Assembly (NCBI RefSeq): GCF_004010195.1
Contig: NC_057750.1
Span: forward strand, 16,966,726-17,030,725
DNA from: Chiloscyllium plagiosum
Lineage: Eukaryota
DNA length: 64,000 nt
Reading direction: 5' to 3'
Of this stretch, positions 25,560 through 38,870 are shown one piece after another; position 1 is the stretch's first letter; every line of letters starts with the position of its first letter. Position numbers and translations under genes: made by a program. Under the pieces are notes generated by a model. It was not told where the DNA came from. It did no database searches and saw nothing but the letters and a program-made list of their open reading frames with translations.

Positions 25560-27990
25560 TTCAGAATCATAAATCTCCTGCTTTCTCCCCAAACCTTTGC
25601 ACATTATTTTCATCTAAATAAATTATCCAATCAGCCAGTTCATGATTCTTAAAATCTTTATCATAACTCCTCTTTGCCTTCTTCTCTCTAAGGAGAGCAG
25701 TCCCAACTTCTTCAACCTATCTTCATCACTGGAGCTCCTCACCCTTGGAATTATTCTTCTAAGCAGCTTTATGCAGTCCAGTGCATTCATGTTCTTAAAT
25801 TGTGCACCCAGGTTTGTACACACGCTCTCAAATGAGGTCAAACCTAGTGTTTTACATACGTTCAGCATTAATTCCTTGCACTTGTATTCTATGTCTGTAT
25901 TAATAAAACTGAGGATACTGTATGCTTTATCCATTTCTCTCTACCTGCCCTGCCAGTTTTGACATTTACATCCAGATCCCTCCGTTCCTGCACCCCTCTT
26001 AGAACTGTATCACCATTGGCTTTCAAAGTTCTTCCTATCAAAGTAGATTGCCTCACATTTCTTGACATTGAAACTCATTTGCCACCTTTGTATCCATCTA
26101 TGCCCTTCTGTCCTATGCTGTCAGAGTCAGATTCATAGAGCTCATAAACAGATCCTTTGGTCCAACTATCCATGTTGACCAAGGTTCCCAAACTAGACTT
26201 CTCCATTTGCCTGTGTTAGGCTTTGTAAACCTTTCCTATTCATGCAGCTGTCTAAATATCTTTTAAATGTTGCAACTGTACCTGTATTTGCTAGTTCCTC
26301 TCACATTTCATTCCACATTTAAACCACCCCCTGTGTGATGAAGTTGCCCCTCATATCCCTTTTAAATCTCTCTCTTCTCACCTTAAAAAATATATCCCCC
26401 AGTTTTGAACTCCTCCACCCTAGGAAAAAGATCTTTCTATTCACCTTATTTATGTCCTTCATGATTTTATAAGCTTCTATAAAAAGGTCACCTCACAACC
26501 TCCTATGCTCCAGTGAAGCAAGTCCTAGCCCATTTAGCTTTTCCTTGTAACTCAAACTCTCCAGTCCTGGGAAGATCCTGGTAAATCTTTTCTGAACCCT
26601 GTCCAATTTAATATTATTCCTATAGCAGGTCGAGCAGAACTCCAAATGTGGAATCACCAACATTCCATAAGACCTCAACATAATGTCCCACTCCAAAACT
26701 CAGTGGCCTGAGCAATGAAGGCAAGCCTGCTAAACACCTTCTCAACCACCCCCTCTAGCAATTTTCAAAGAACTATGTACCTGAACCTCCAAGTCTCTCT
26801 GTTTAACAAAACTACATATGCCTACCATTATCTGCATAAGTCTTCTCCTTGTTTGCTGGACCAAAATGCAACATTCTGTATTTATTCAAATTAAACTCCA
26901 TCTGCCACTCCTCAGCCCACTGACCCAGCTGATCAACATTCCTTTGTAATCTTTGATAACCTTCTTCACTGTTGACTATAATCATCAGATTTGGTGTCAT
27001 CTGTAAATGTATAAACCATGCCTTCTAAATTCTTATCCAAATTGTTTTATATAAAATGACAAACAACAGTGAACCCAACAGCGATCCTTGAGGAACACTG
27101 TTGGTCACAGGCATCTAGTCTAAAAAAACAACAAGCCAGTTCTGTATCCAATTGGCAAGCTCTCCCCGAATCCCAGGTGATCTAACTTTAGTAATCAGTC
27201 TACCAAGTGGAAATTTGTCAAAGGCTTTACTAAAGTCCATGTAGACGACATCACCACTTTGACCTCAATCTTTTCAGTTACATCCTCAAAAAACTCAATC
27301 AAATTAGTGACACACCACTTCTCACACACAAAGCCATGCTGACTATCCCGAAACAGTCCCCGACTCCCCAAATGCAGGTAAATTCTCTCAGAACCCTCTC
27401 CAACCAACATACCCACTGATGTTAGATTCTATAGTTCCCAGGCTTCTCCTTACAGCCATTCCTAAATAAAGGCACAACATTAGCCATCCTTCAGTCCTCT
27501 GGCACTTGACCTGTGGCTAGGGGGCCAGCGATTTCTTTTCCTTAACTTACCACAACATTCTGGAATACAACTGATCAGGTCCCCAAGATTTATCCACTTT
27601 TTTTTTCAAAGACCTCCAGCACCTCCTCTTCTATTACGCAGACATTTATTCAATATATCAATGTTTATTTCAGAATTCCCTAGCCTCAGTCTTTTTCCAC
27701 AGTAAAGACTGACATGAAATACGAGATAAGTATGGAACGTTACAGGGCAGTACAGGCCTTTCGGCCCTTGAAGTTGTGCCGACCTGTGAAACTAATCTGA
27801 AGCCCATCTAACCTACACTATTCCATTATGATCCATATGTTTACCTAATTACCGCCCCATCTCCTGTGATTCCACACATAGATGACCTCCTTGATATTTA
27901 AGAGGCCCTATCTCCTCCCTAATTGCTCTTAATATGCTTGTAGAATCTGTGGATTATCCTTAAACTCAAAAAGCATAAAAAAAGCTTCAA
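25560..27990 (-). mobile_element. Cluster of decayed CR1 fragments (old copy ~25560-26110; copy ~26125-27990 with a further CR1 tail at ~27735-27850)
   Basis: ORF-track peptides KLDRVQKRFTRIFPGL, QWAEEWQMEFN and DSQHGFVC..CVTNLIEFFEDVT. Confidence 0.85.
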
Positions 27991-28134
27991 GGAGGTATAT
28001 AAAAGGGAAGAGCATTATAAAAGTGGCAAACGTTGGTCCCTTGGACGATGAAACTGAAGAGTTAATAGTGGGCAACACTGAAATGAGAGAGATGCTAAAT
28101 CAATACTTTGCCTCAGTTTTCACAGCAGAGAACC

Positions 28135-31100
28135 ATAGTATAGGTATGCTGTTTTGGAAAACGTAGGGGGTGATGGATTCTCAGGGTAACGTAGCACGAA
28201 CAGCCAAGTTTCTGGTATTGAGACTGGCTCTAATGAAATGAGGGGTACGTCAAGTTCCAAGAGATCAATTGTGTTGGGGGATTCTCGGGTCAGAGGTACA
28301 GACAGACGTTTCTGTGGCCAGCAGAGAAAAAGCAGAATGGTGTGTTGCTTCCCTGGTGCCAGGATCAAGGATGTCTCAGAGAGGGTGCAGAATGTTTTCA
28401 TGGAGGAGAGGGGCCAGCAAGAGGTCATTGTCCACACTGGAACAAACGATATAGGAAGGGAAAAGGTTGAGATTCTGAAGGGAGATTACAGAGAGCTAGG
28501 CAGAAATTTAAAGTGCATTTATTTCAATGCAAGGGTCTTAACAGGGAAGGCAGATGAACTCAGGGCATGGTTAGGGACAAGGGACTGGGATATCATAGGA
28601 ATTACAGAAACGTGGCTCAGAGATGGGCAGGACTGGCAGCTTAATGGTGTGTGTGTGTGTCTGTGTGTTTCTTGATAAGGGATAGCATTACAGCTGTGCC
28701 GAGGGAGTATATTCCTGGAAATACATTCAGGGAAGTTACTTGGGTGGAACTGAGAAATAAGAAAGGGATGATCACCTTATTGGGATTGTATTATACACCC
28801 CCTAACAGTCAGAGGGAAATTGAGAAACAAACTTGTAAGGAGATAAATAGGGTGGTTAAGGAAGGGGATTTTAACTTTCCAACCATAGACTGGGACTGCC
28901 ATACTGTTCAGGGTTTAGATGGATAGGAATTTGATAAATGTGTACAAGACAATTTCTGATTCAGTATGTGGATGTACCTATTAGAGAAGGTGCAAAACTT
29001 GACCTACTCTTGCAAAATAAGGCAGGGCAGGTGACTGAGGTGTCAGTGGGGGAGCACTTTGGGGCCAGCGACCATAATTCTATTAGATTTAGAATAATGA
29101 TGGAAAAGGATAGACTGGATCTAAAAGTTGAAGTTGTAAATTGGAGAAAGGCCAATTTTGATGGTATTAGGCAAGAACTTTCGAAAACTGACTGGGGGCA
29201 GATGTTTGCAGGTAAAGAGACGGCTGGAAAATGAGAAGCCTTCAGAAATGAGATAACGAGAATCCAGGCAAAGTATCTTCCTGTTAGGGTGAAAGGACAA
29301 TAGACAATCTGTGCAGGAGTAGGCCATTCTGCCCTTCGAGTCTGCACCACCATTCATTATGATCATGGCTGATCATCCTTAATCAGTATCCTGTTCCTGC
29401 CTTATCTCCATAACCCTTGATTCCACTATCCTTGAGAGCTCTATCCAACTCTTTCTTAAATTAATCCAGAGACTAGGCCTCCACTGCCCTCTGGGGCAGA
29501 GCATCCACACAGCCACCACTCTCTGGGTGAAGAAGTTTCTCCTCATCTCTGTCCTAAATGGTCTACCCTGTATTTTTAAGCTGTGTCCTCTGGTTCAGCA
29601 CTCACCCATCAGCGGAAACATGTTTCCTGCCTCCAGAGTGTCCAATCCTTTAATAATCTTATATATGTCTCAATCAGATCCCCTCTCAGTCTTCTAAACT
29701 CAAGGGTATACAAGCATAGTCGCTCCAGTCTTTCAGCGCAAGGTAGTCCCGCCATTCCAGGAATTGACCTCGTGAACCTATGCTGCACTCCCTCAATAGC
29801 CAGAAGGTCTTTCTTCAAATTTGGGAGACCAGAACTGCACACAGTACTCCAGGTGTGGTCTCATCAGGGCCCTGTACAGCTGCAGAAGAACCTCTTTGCT
29901 TCTGTACTCAATCCCCCTTGTTATGAAGGCCAGCATGCTATTAGCCTTCTTCACTACCTGCTGTACCTGCATGCTTACCTTCATTGACTGGTGTACAAGA
30001 ACACCCCGATCTCTCTGTACTGCCCCTTTACCAAATTGATTCCATTTAGGTAGTAATCTGCCTTCCGGTCCTTGCCACCAAAGTCGATAACCATACATTT
30101 ATCCACATAAAACTGCATCTGCCATGCATCTGACCACTCATCTAACCTGTCCAAGTCACCCTGTAATCTCCTAACATCCTCCTCACATTTCACCCTGCCA
30201 CCCAGTTTAGTATCATCAGCAAATTTGCTAATGTTATTACTAATACCATCTTCTATATCATTAACATATATTGTAAAAAGCTGTGGTCCCAGCACTGATC
30301 CCTGCAGTACCCCATTGCCTGCCATTCCGAAATGGAGCCGTTTATCACTACTCTTCGTTTCCTATCAGCCAACCAACTTTCAATCCAAGTTAGTACTTTG
30401 CCCCCAATACCATGCGCCCTAACTTTGCTGACTAGCCTTCTATGTGGGTCTTTATCAAAAGTTTTCTGAAAGTCCAGGTACCCTACATCTACTGGATCTC
30501 CCTCGTCCATTATCAGAGTTACATCGCCAAAAAATTCCAGATTAGTCAAGCATGATTTCCCCTTCATAAATCCATGCTGACTCTGACCTATCCTGTTACT
30601 ACTATCCAGATGTGTCGTAATTTCATCCTTTATAATAGACTCCAGCATCTTTCCCACCACTGAGGACAGACTAACTGGTCTATAATTTCCTGCTTTCTCT
30701 CTCCCACCCCGGGGACTTATCAACCTTCAGACCTAACAGTCTCTCCAACACCAATTCCTGGCAAATATAAATTCGCTTAAATTCAGGTCCTTCAGCCACT
30801 GTTACCTCAGGGAGATTGCTTGTGTCTTCCCCAGTGAACACAGATCTGAAGTACCAATTCATTGTGCCCAGTGAACACAGATCTGAAGTACCAATTCAAA
30901 GGAAAGGCTGGTAGGTATAGGGAATGCTGGATGACTAAAGAAATTGAGGGTTTGGTTAAGAAAAAGAAGCAAGCATATGTAAGGCATAGACAGGATAGAT
31001 TGAGTGAATCCTTAGAGTATAAAGGCAGTAGGAGTATACTTAAGAGGAAAATCAGGAGGGCAAAAAGGGGACATGAAATAGCTTTGACAAACGGCATTAA

Positions 31101-32959
31101 GGAGAATCCAAAGGGCTTTTACAAATTCATTAAGGACAAAAGGGTAACTAGGGAGAGAATAGTGCCCAAAATCAATTAGGTAAAAACAAATGAGAGAATA
31201 GGGCCCCTCAAAGATCAGCAAGGCGGCCTTTGTGTGGAGCTGCAGAAAATGGGGGAGATCCTAAATGAGTATTTTGCATCAGTATTTACTGTGGAAAAGA
31301 ATATGGAAGATATAGACTGTAAGAAAATAGATGGTGACATCTTGCAAAATGCCTTATTAAAAAGGAGGAAGTGCTAATGTCTTGAAACAGGTAAAGGTGG
31401 ATAAATCCCCAGGACCTGATCAGGTGTACCCTAGAACTCTGAAGGAAGCAAGAGAAGTGATTACTGGGCCTCTTGCTGAGATATTTGTATCATCGATAGT
31501 CACAGGTGAGGTGCCAGAAGACTGGAAGTTGACTAACGTGGTGCCACTGTTTAAGAAAGGTGGTAAGGACAAGCCAGGGAACTATAGATCAGTGATCCTG
31601 ACGTCGGTGGTGGGCAAGTTGTTGGAGGGAATCCTGAGGGACAGGATGTACATGTACTTGGGAAGACGAGGACTGATTAGGGATAGGCAACATGGCTGTG
31701 TAGGAAATCATGTCTCACAAACTTGATTGAGTTTTTTGAAGAAGAAGTACCAAAGAGGATTGATGAGGGCAGAACGGTAGATGTGATCTATATGGACTTC
31801 AGTAAGGCTGAAGTTTCCCAATGGGAGACTGGTTAGCAAAGTTAGATCTCACAGAATACAGGGAGAACTAGCAATTTGGATAAAGAACTGGCTCAAAGGT
31901 AGATGACAGAGGGTAATGATGGAGGGTTGTTTTTCAGACTGAAGACCTGTGATCAGTGGAGTGTCATAAGGATCAGTGCTGGGTCCTCCACTTTTTGTCA
32001 TTTACATGAATGACTTGGATGCAAGCATAAGAGGTACAGTTAGTAAGTTTGCAGATAACACCAAAATTGGAGGTGTAGTGGACAGCAAAGAGGATTACCT
32101 CAGATTACAATAGGATCTTGACCAGATGGGCCAATGGGCTGAGAGGTGGTGGACGAAGTTTAATTCAGATAAATGCGAGGTGCTGCATTTTGGGAAAGCA
32201 AATCTTAGCAGGACTTAGACACTTAATGATAAGGCCCTGGGGAGTGTTGCTGAACAAAGAGACCTTGGAGTGCAGGTTCATAGCTCCTTGAAAGTGGAGT
32301 CGCAGATAGATAGGATAGTGAAGAAGGCGTTTGATATGCTTTCCTATATTGATCAGAGTACAGGAGTTGGGAGGTCATGTTGCGGCTGTGCAGGACATTG
32401 GTTAGGCCACTGTTGGAATATTGCATGCAATTTTGGTCTCCTTCCTATTGGAAAGATGTTGTGAAACTTGAAAGGGTTCAAAAAGGATTTACAAGAATGT
32501 TGCCAGGGTTGGAGGATTTGAGCTATAGGGAAGAGGCTGAACAGGCTGGTGCTGTTTTCACAGCGTCGGAGGCTGAGGGGTGACCTTATAGAGCTTTACA
32601 AAATTATGAGGGGCATGGATAGGGTAAATAGGCAAAGTCTTTTCCCTAGGGTTGGGGAGTCCAGAACTAAAGGGCATAGGTTTAAGGTAAGAGGAGAAAG
32701 ATATAAAAGAGACCTACTGGGCAACTTTTTCACATAGAGGGTGGTACGTGTATGGATTGAGCTGCCAGGGGAAGTGGTGGAGGCTGGTACAATTGCAACA
32801 TTTAAAGAAGCATTTGGATGGGTATATGAATAGGAAGGGTTTGGAGGGATATGGGCCGGGTGCTGGCAGGTGGGACTAGATTGGGTTGGGATATCTGGTT
32901 GGCATGGACGGGTTGGACTGAAGGGTCTGTATCCATGCTGTACATCTCTATGACTCTAT
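28135..32959 (+). mobile_element. CR1 LINE with ORF1 SGNH-esterase remnant and ORF2 (endonuclease plus RT), interrupted at 29298-30897
   Basis: IVLGDS...PGA...HTGTND (SGNH blocks), YFNAR..ITETWL, GDFNFP, KSPGPD, and a (CTATGACT)-type tail. Confidence 0.92.
29298..30897 (-). mobile_element. 5'-truncated CR1 inserted antisense in another CR1
   Basis: Peptides GNYRPVSLSSVVGKMLE, QGSVLGPQLF and SKFADDTKLGG; (ATTGTCT)n tail; flanking AAAGGA at 29292-29297 and 30898-30903. Confidence 0.93.
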
Positions 32960-34589
32960 TGGAACAGGCAATAGAGAGTCAATAGAAAGGATAGAACTTA
33001 GAACAATCAATAATCAACATCAATGGGAAGAGGTACTCAACTAACTATTAGGATTGAGGGGAGATAAGGCCCCTGGGCCTGATGGCCTACACCCCAGGGT
33101 AGTAAAAGGAAGCAGCAGCAAAGATAGTGGATCCATTAGTTACAATATTCCAGATATTCCTGGACACGGGAAAGGTTCCAGTGGATTTTAGAAAAATGCT
33201 AATGTGACACCCTATTAAAAAAGGGAGGGAGGCAATATGTGGGAAAGTATAGAGCAGTTAGTTTAACATCTGTTGTTGGAAAAGTGTTAGAATCAATTAA
33301 AGGAAGCAATATTAGAACATTTGGAAAGTCAAAACACTATCTCCCAGAGTCAGCATAGTTTTATGAAGGGCAAATCATGTTTGCCTAATTTGCTAGAGCT
33401 CTTCGAAGATGTAACTAGCAAACTGGATAATGAGGATCCTGTAGATGTAATTTATCTGGACTTCTGGAAGGCATTTGATAAGGTGTCGCATAGAAAGTTA
33501 ATTCACAAGGTTGGATCATATGGGATTGGGGTAATTTATTAGCTTGAATAGGTGACTGGCTGATGAACAGAAGAGAGAGTTGGGATAATTTTTTTTGTGG
33601 ATGGCAAAAAGTAACTAGTGGGCAGCCACAGGGTTCGGACCTTTGACCTCAGCTATTTACAATCTACACGAATGACTTGGATACGGGGATTGAAGGCTCT
33701 ATAGCCAAAATTTGTGGATGACATAAAAATAGGCGGACAATAAATCGCAAATAGATTATAGATAGTTTAGGAGAGTTGGCCAAAACATGGCAGATTGTGT
33801 TTAACATGTGTAAGTGTGAGGACATCTGTCTTGGTTGGTAAAGTGGGAAGGTGACTTATTATATAAATGGGGAGAGACTTCAGCGTGCTCCAGTGCAGAC
33901 AGATCTTGGAGTCCTTGTTCACAAGCCACAGAAAACCAACATGCAGGTACTGTTGATAACAAAGAAAGTGAATGGAATATTAGCTTTTATAATAAAGTAA
34001 TAGAATATAAAAGGTATGGGAATATTGTTGCAACTATACAAAGCATTGGTGAGACCACATGTAGTATTGTGCGCAGTTTTGGTCCCCTTATTTGAGGAAA
34101 GATGTAGTGGCATTGGAAGCAGTTCAGAGGACATTCATTAGATTGATCCCAGAGAGGAGAGGTTTGTCGTATGCAGACAGAATGAACAGTTTAGGCCTAT
34201 AATCATACAATTTAGAAGAATGAGCAGAGATCAAATTGAGGTATTCAAGATGATAAAATAGACGCGGAGCAGATTCTTCCTCTTATGGGGCATTCTCAGA
34301 CAAGAGGTCATGGTCTTAGTATAACGGGCAGCAAATTTAAAACAGAGTTGAGAAGGAACTACTCCCAAAAGGGTTGTGAATCTGTAGAATTTGCTACACC
34401 GAAGTGCGGTGGATGCTGGGACAGTAAGTAAATTTAAGGAGTTAGACAGATTTTTAATTGATAATGGGTTGAAGGGTTATGCGGAGAAGGCAGGAAAATG
34501 GGGATCAGGAGCATACCAGCTATGATCGAATGGGGGAACAGACCTGATAGGCCAAATGGCCTAATTCTGTCTGTATATCTTATGAATTT

Positions 34590-35530
34590 ATCATGTGCCA
34601 AGGCTCTCTCATATCCCCTCTTTGCCTTTCTGATTTCCCTCTTAAGAAAGCACCTATACCCCTTAGTCTTCAGGAGATTCACTTGATCCTACTTGACTGT
34701 ACCCAACATATGCCTCCTTCTTATTGTTGACCAGAGCTTCAACATCTTTATTCATCCATTGTTCCTTACCCTTACCAGCCTTACCCTTCACTCCAAAAGG
34801 AACATAATGCCTCTGAATTTTTGTTATCTCACTGAAAGCCTCTCACCTGCCAGTCATCCTTTTACCTGCAAAGAGACCTCAATCAACTTTTTAAAATTCC
34901 TGCCTTGTACCATCAAAATTTGACTTACTCCAATTAATTTTTATGCGAGGTCTATCCTTTTTCATAACTATTTTAAAACCAATAGAATTATGATCACTGG
35001 TCCCAAGTGCTCCCCCACTAATAACGGAGTCACTGCATTGCCTTATGTCCCAAGGTCAGGTTTTGATCCTTCTCTAGAAGATATATCTACATATTGAAGA
35101 AGAAAATGTTCTTGAGCCTATTTAACAAGTTCCTCACCATCCAAGGACTTAACACTATTGCAGTTCCAGGTTATGTTCGGAAAGTTAAAATCCCCTCTTA
35201 CACACATATATATTTTTGAGGTCGCTACATACTTGCTCCTCTGTTTCCCATTGACTACTGGGTCGCATATAGTACAATCCCATGAAGGTGATCATCATCT
35301 TATTTCCAATTTACACCCCTCAAAGACAATTAAGTTTGTGTCATCTACAAACTGTGAAATTGACCCATGCACAGCAAGATCTAGATCAATATAAAAATCA
35401 AGAAAAGCAAAGGTCTCAATATCAACCTCTGGGAAAGTCCACTAAAAAGCTTTCAACCCAAAAAACATATACAATGGCCATTCATTATTCTCCATTTCCT
35501 ATAACTTCACTAATTTTGTATCCATGTTGC
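34590..35530 (-). mobile_element. Decayed CR1 ORF2 fragments
   Basis: Peptide LKREIRKAKRGYERALA; ggaaagttaaaatcccc (GDFNF) at ~35180. Confidence 0.75.
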
Positions 35531-35631
35531 TACTGACAATTCTATTCCATGATTGTATGCATCAGTTTTAAACATTTGTATTTCAGGAACTGTATAACCC
35601 TTGCTACTAAAGCATGATCAAACAGACTTAC

Positions 35632-35866
35632 TCTTCTGTAATCTCTCCTGTCACCCCATCCACAATTTCCACGGTGTTATCGCCCCTACACCAATTTATG
35701 CTCAGCTTTCCGTAAAGTGGATCCGCCTCCTTAGGTTCCCCCTCACCACAATGCGAGAAGTGCGCTCTCACAGCAGTGAACAGGTCAGGAAGTTTCTCAT
35801 TCAAACTCTCATCCACACGTTGATTGATTGCTTTTGTGACAATCTGCATCGGATGAAACGGGCCAG
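35632..35866 (-). CDS. ADAD2: ADAD2-like exon (235 bp): PGPFHPMQIVTKAINQRV...KLSINWCRGDNTVEIVDGVTGEITE
   Basis: Acceptor ttttaaaatcag|CT and donor AGA|GTAAGT. Carries the SINW..GD..VEIVDG.TG motif. Lies within ORF 35628..35894. Confidence 0.96.
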
Positions 35867-36419
35867 CTGATTTTAAAACATAAAAAGAATGCACTTTGAG
35901 AAGAGTTATTTTTCCCTAATTTAACATTCACCATCAAGGTGATAAATTTGGGATTTGAAGTTATATTATTTATTATTCAATATTTTTTTAAAAATTAAGA
36001 ATGTGACTCTGAATGTAATGTTACAAAGGCACAATCTCAATGATTCACACAATGAGGGAACTTAATCAGTGACCAAATATTAGACCAAGACATCCAGAAT
36101 AAATTCAGAGTAAGCACCATGGGTGAGCAGGAAGGATGGATTTGAAAAGTCATATTCACAATAATTACATCCTTTACAGCTTTAGTGCAGGTGTTCCACT
36201 TGCTCTGTGGATACAAAGATAACCCATCCCAATGCAGTGTGACCATGAATACATATACAGAAGTAGTCAGACTGCTCGGAGTTACAGACAATGAAGAGGT
36301 ATACGGTTTATAATTCCAGCAGAGTGGATAATGCAAAGTTAGTTCCTGTACAGTTCAAAACCCACACTGAGAAACAACATTTTCAAGTTATTTCTTGAAG
36401 TGAAATCTATTGCACTTAC

Positions 36420-36634
36420 GAAGGACAATACTGGTGATGTATAGTGGCTTGATAAAGTGGCTGAGCAGAGCTCCCTGGACTCCCAGCACCATCCATCGGC
36501 TTAGTTTATCACTTGCTGTCATACAGCATACGTGAGTTGCTGTCACACTAGGGCGACAGCTTGCTGCTGGCATGATGGAACCTTTGGAATGAATGTGAAG
36601 TCTCATTTCAGGGTTTCGGTATGGCACAGGGTCC
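36420..36634 (-). CDS. ADAD2: ADAD2-like exon (215 bp): [15 protein letters not shown]...[38 protein letters not shown]
   Basis: Acceptor gtcttctccag|GG and donor TTC|GTAAGT. SDKLSRW...GVQGALLSH is a hallmark ADAR-family motif. Lies within ORF 36388..36696. Confidence 0.97.
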
Positions 36635-36969
36635 CTGGAGAAGACAATTCTACAGTTAAGAATATTAATTAGATGATACAGGAACAGTAATTGCATCTGA
36701 AACTACATAGCATAGATCTGACATAAAATGCAAATAGCCTATCTGCACTATTCATTTCATTCCATGTGAATACCCCCAAACAAAAATAGACTAGAGGGTT
36801 AGTATTAAACTGCCAATGTGTCGTAAAAGTGCAACGTGTAACTAGTTATAAAATGGAGAATTGTTCATTGCCAGAATAAATGGGCAACAATTGCTCCAAA
36901 CTATTTCCTTCACATCCTATTTTTCTCACTTTTGGAAGAAACTAAATGTTCGACATGACTAACAGCTTC

Positions 36970-38660
36970 CAGTTTCCTTGCCGTAAGCAACTCTTATTTT
37001 TAAAACCATTAACATCCAAGCTACTGACATCTCCAGTTGCATCTGAGTGTACGGTCTTTCTGTTTCTTCCTCTCGAGGACCTTTCCACCATCATCCTCCT
37101 CACCTAGCTCAACCTTGTTCTCACTTTGAATGAATTCTCCTTCAACTGTACCTCAGTTTCTGAAAGATGTTGCAATGGGTTTCTGCATGGGTCTTACCCA
37201 TTTGTGGATGCATGGAATATACATCTTAGCTCCAGTTCTACTCCCTTACCTTTTTACCCAGGGTCATTTGCCAGGTTGGCAACTGCACTGGGAAATGCAT
37301 TGGTGATATTTCTCAATTCTTGAACCAAGCCCTGAAATGGAAAATTTCAATGCTATTTCTAATTTCCACACTTACCTTTGCATGACTTTTCCTGGAGTTT
37401 TACCTTCCTTGTTCATTGCCAGAAATGGAGATAATGAACCAATATTCCACACAAGTCCACTGACTCCTACATCTACTTTTGATTACAGTTCATATCCTGC
37501 TTCCCTGTGAGAATGCTATTCCTTTCTTTAAGTTTTTCTATCTTAAACTTGGACAAGACCGATTCTAATAAATGTTAGATTTTACTTAGATTACTTACAG
37601 TGTGGAAACAGGCCCTTCAGCCCAACAAGTCCACACCGACCCGCCGAAGCGCAACCCACCCATACCCCTACATTTGTCCCTTACCTAACACTACAGGCAA
37701 TTTAGCATGGCCAATTCACCTGACCTGCACATCTTTGGACTGTGGGAGGAAACCGGAGCACCTGGAGGAAACCCACGCAGACACGGGGAGAACATGCAAA
37801 CTCCACACAGTCAGTCGCCTGAGGCGGGAATTGAACCCGGGTCTCTGGCGCTGTGAGGCAGCAGTGCTAACCACTGTGCCACCGTGCCGCCCTTTTCCTA
37901 AACTGAGCACCATCCAGGGTCTCCTCAATATTCATTCTTTGGCATACACTTCTGTTCTCACCTTTTCCCTTGCTTTCCGGAACCATGAGTGGGTTTCTTT
38001 TCTACCTTCCATTCCAACAGTGTCCAACTTTCAATGGATCATCCTCCACCGTTTCAGCCATTTCTAGTTTAATGCCATCACCATCCAGTCCTCCCCTTTC
38101 AGCATTCCAAAAATAGATTATTCCATTCATGATTTCCTGGTGCCCCACTTCAGTCAGCCCCAACACCACTTCTCCTTTCCACAGCATTTTTCCATGCAAG
38201 TGCAGGATCTGCAACACCTGTCCTTTTGGACCTCATTTCTAACCATCCAAGGCTCCCACCTAGGTGAAACAGCAGTTTATTTGTACCCTTTCAAGTTAGT
38301 ATACCTTAAATCACTGCTCACGGCGCAAACTGCTCTATAATGGAGACAAAGCAAAAAGTAGTAATTGCATTGCAGAGCAATTCTGTTCAGCTCAGAAGAG
38401 TGACCCAGAGTTTCCAGTGACTGATTTTAATCTGCCACTTTATTATCACTGACATCTTTGCCCTGGCCTTTTGCATTGCTCCAAAGAGACTCAATGTTGA
38501 AGAATAGCATCTTATCTTTTGAGTTTGCACTTTACAATGCTTTGGAGATCTGAAATGTTTACTTTGCTCTCAATTCAGAAACGCTGCCAGAACATCTGAC
38601 TATCATAAATATTTCGCTTTTATTTCAGATTTTCAGTCTTTACAGTATATTGTTCTCATA
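36970..38660 (+). mobile_element. Highly decayed Penelope-like element (RT plus GIY-YIG), split by an HE1 SINE
   Basis: Residual LVLTLNEFSFN...VAMG..MG, KSTDSY.YF...NAIPF and HLIF..GTLQ-like codons, ending in a Penelope-type terminus at ~38545-38660. Confidence 0.65.
37576..37892 (-). mobile_element. Young full-length HE1-type V-SINE
   Basis: Intact A and B boxes and CpG-rich. About a dozen differences (by eye) from the 48449-48763 copy. Confidence 0.95.
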
Positions 38661-38727
38661 TGGGTCAAACATCTATTGGACATGCTTGCCAGAATAGTAG
38701 GGGTTCTGTAAATAGTAGGTAGCGGTA

Positions 38728-38870
38728 GAGAGGAACCTCGATTATCTGAGCGACACGGACGGGAGTACTTTGTTCGGATAATCAAATGCCGGATAACACA
38801 GTTTAGCCAAGCATCAGGACCTTGCGATCTTGTTTGGATAATCAAATGCCAGATAATCGAAGTTCCTCTG
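38728..38870. mobile_element. 143-bp MITE of Tc1/mariner (pogo/Tigger-like) type
   Basis: TIRs gagaggaacctcgattatctg and cagataatcgaagttcctctg. TA on both sides (38726-38727, 38871-38872). Internal repeats of ggataatcaaatgcc. Confidence 0.85.

Larger units (their letters stand above)
28000..34590 (+). mobile_element. Host CR1 copy (28000-28130 plus 32960-34590) split by a younger CR1
   Basis: LNQYFASVFT at ~28100 resumes after 32960 with DKAPGPDG and SQHSFMKGKSCLPNLLELFEDVT. 3' tail near 34590. Confidence 0.8.
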
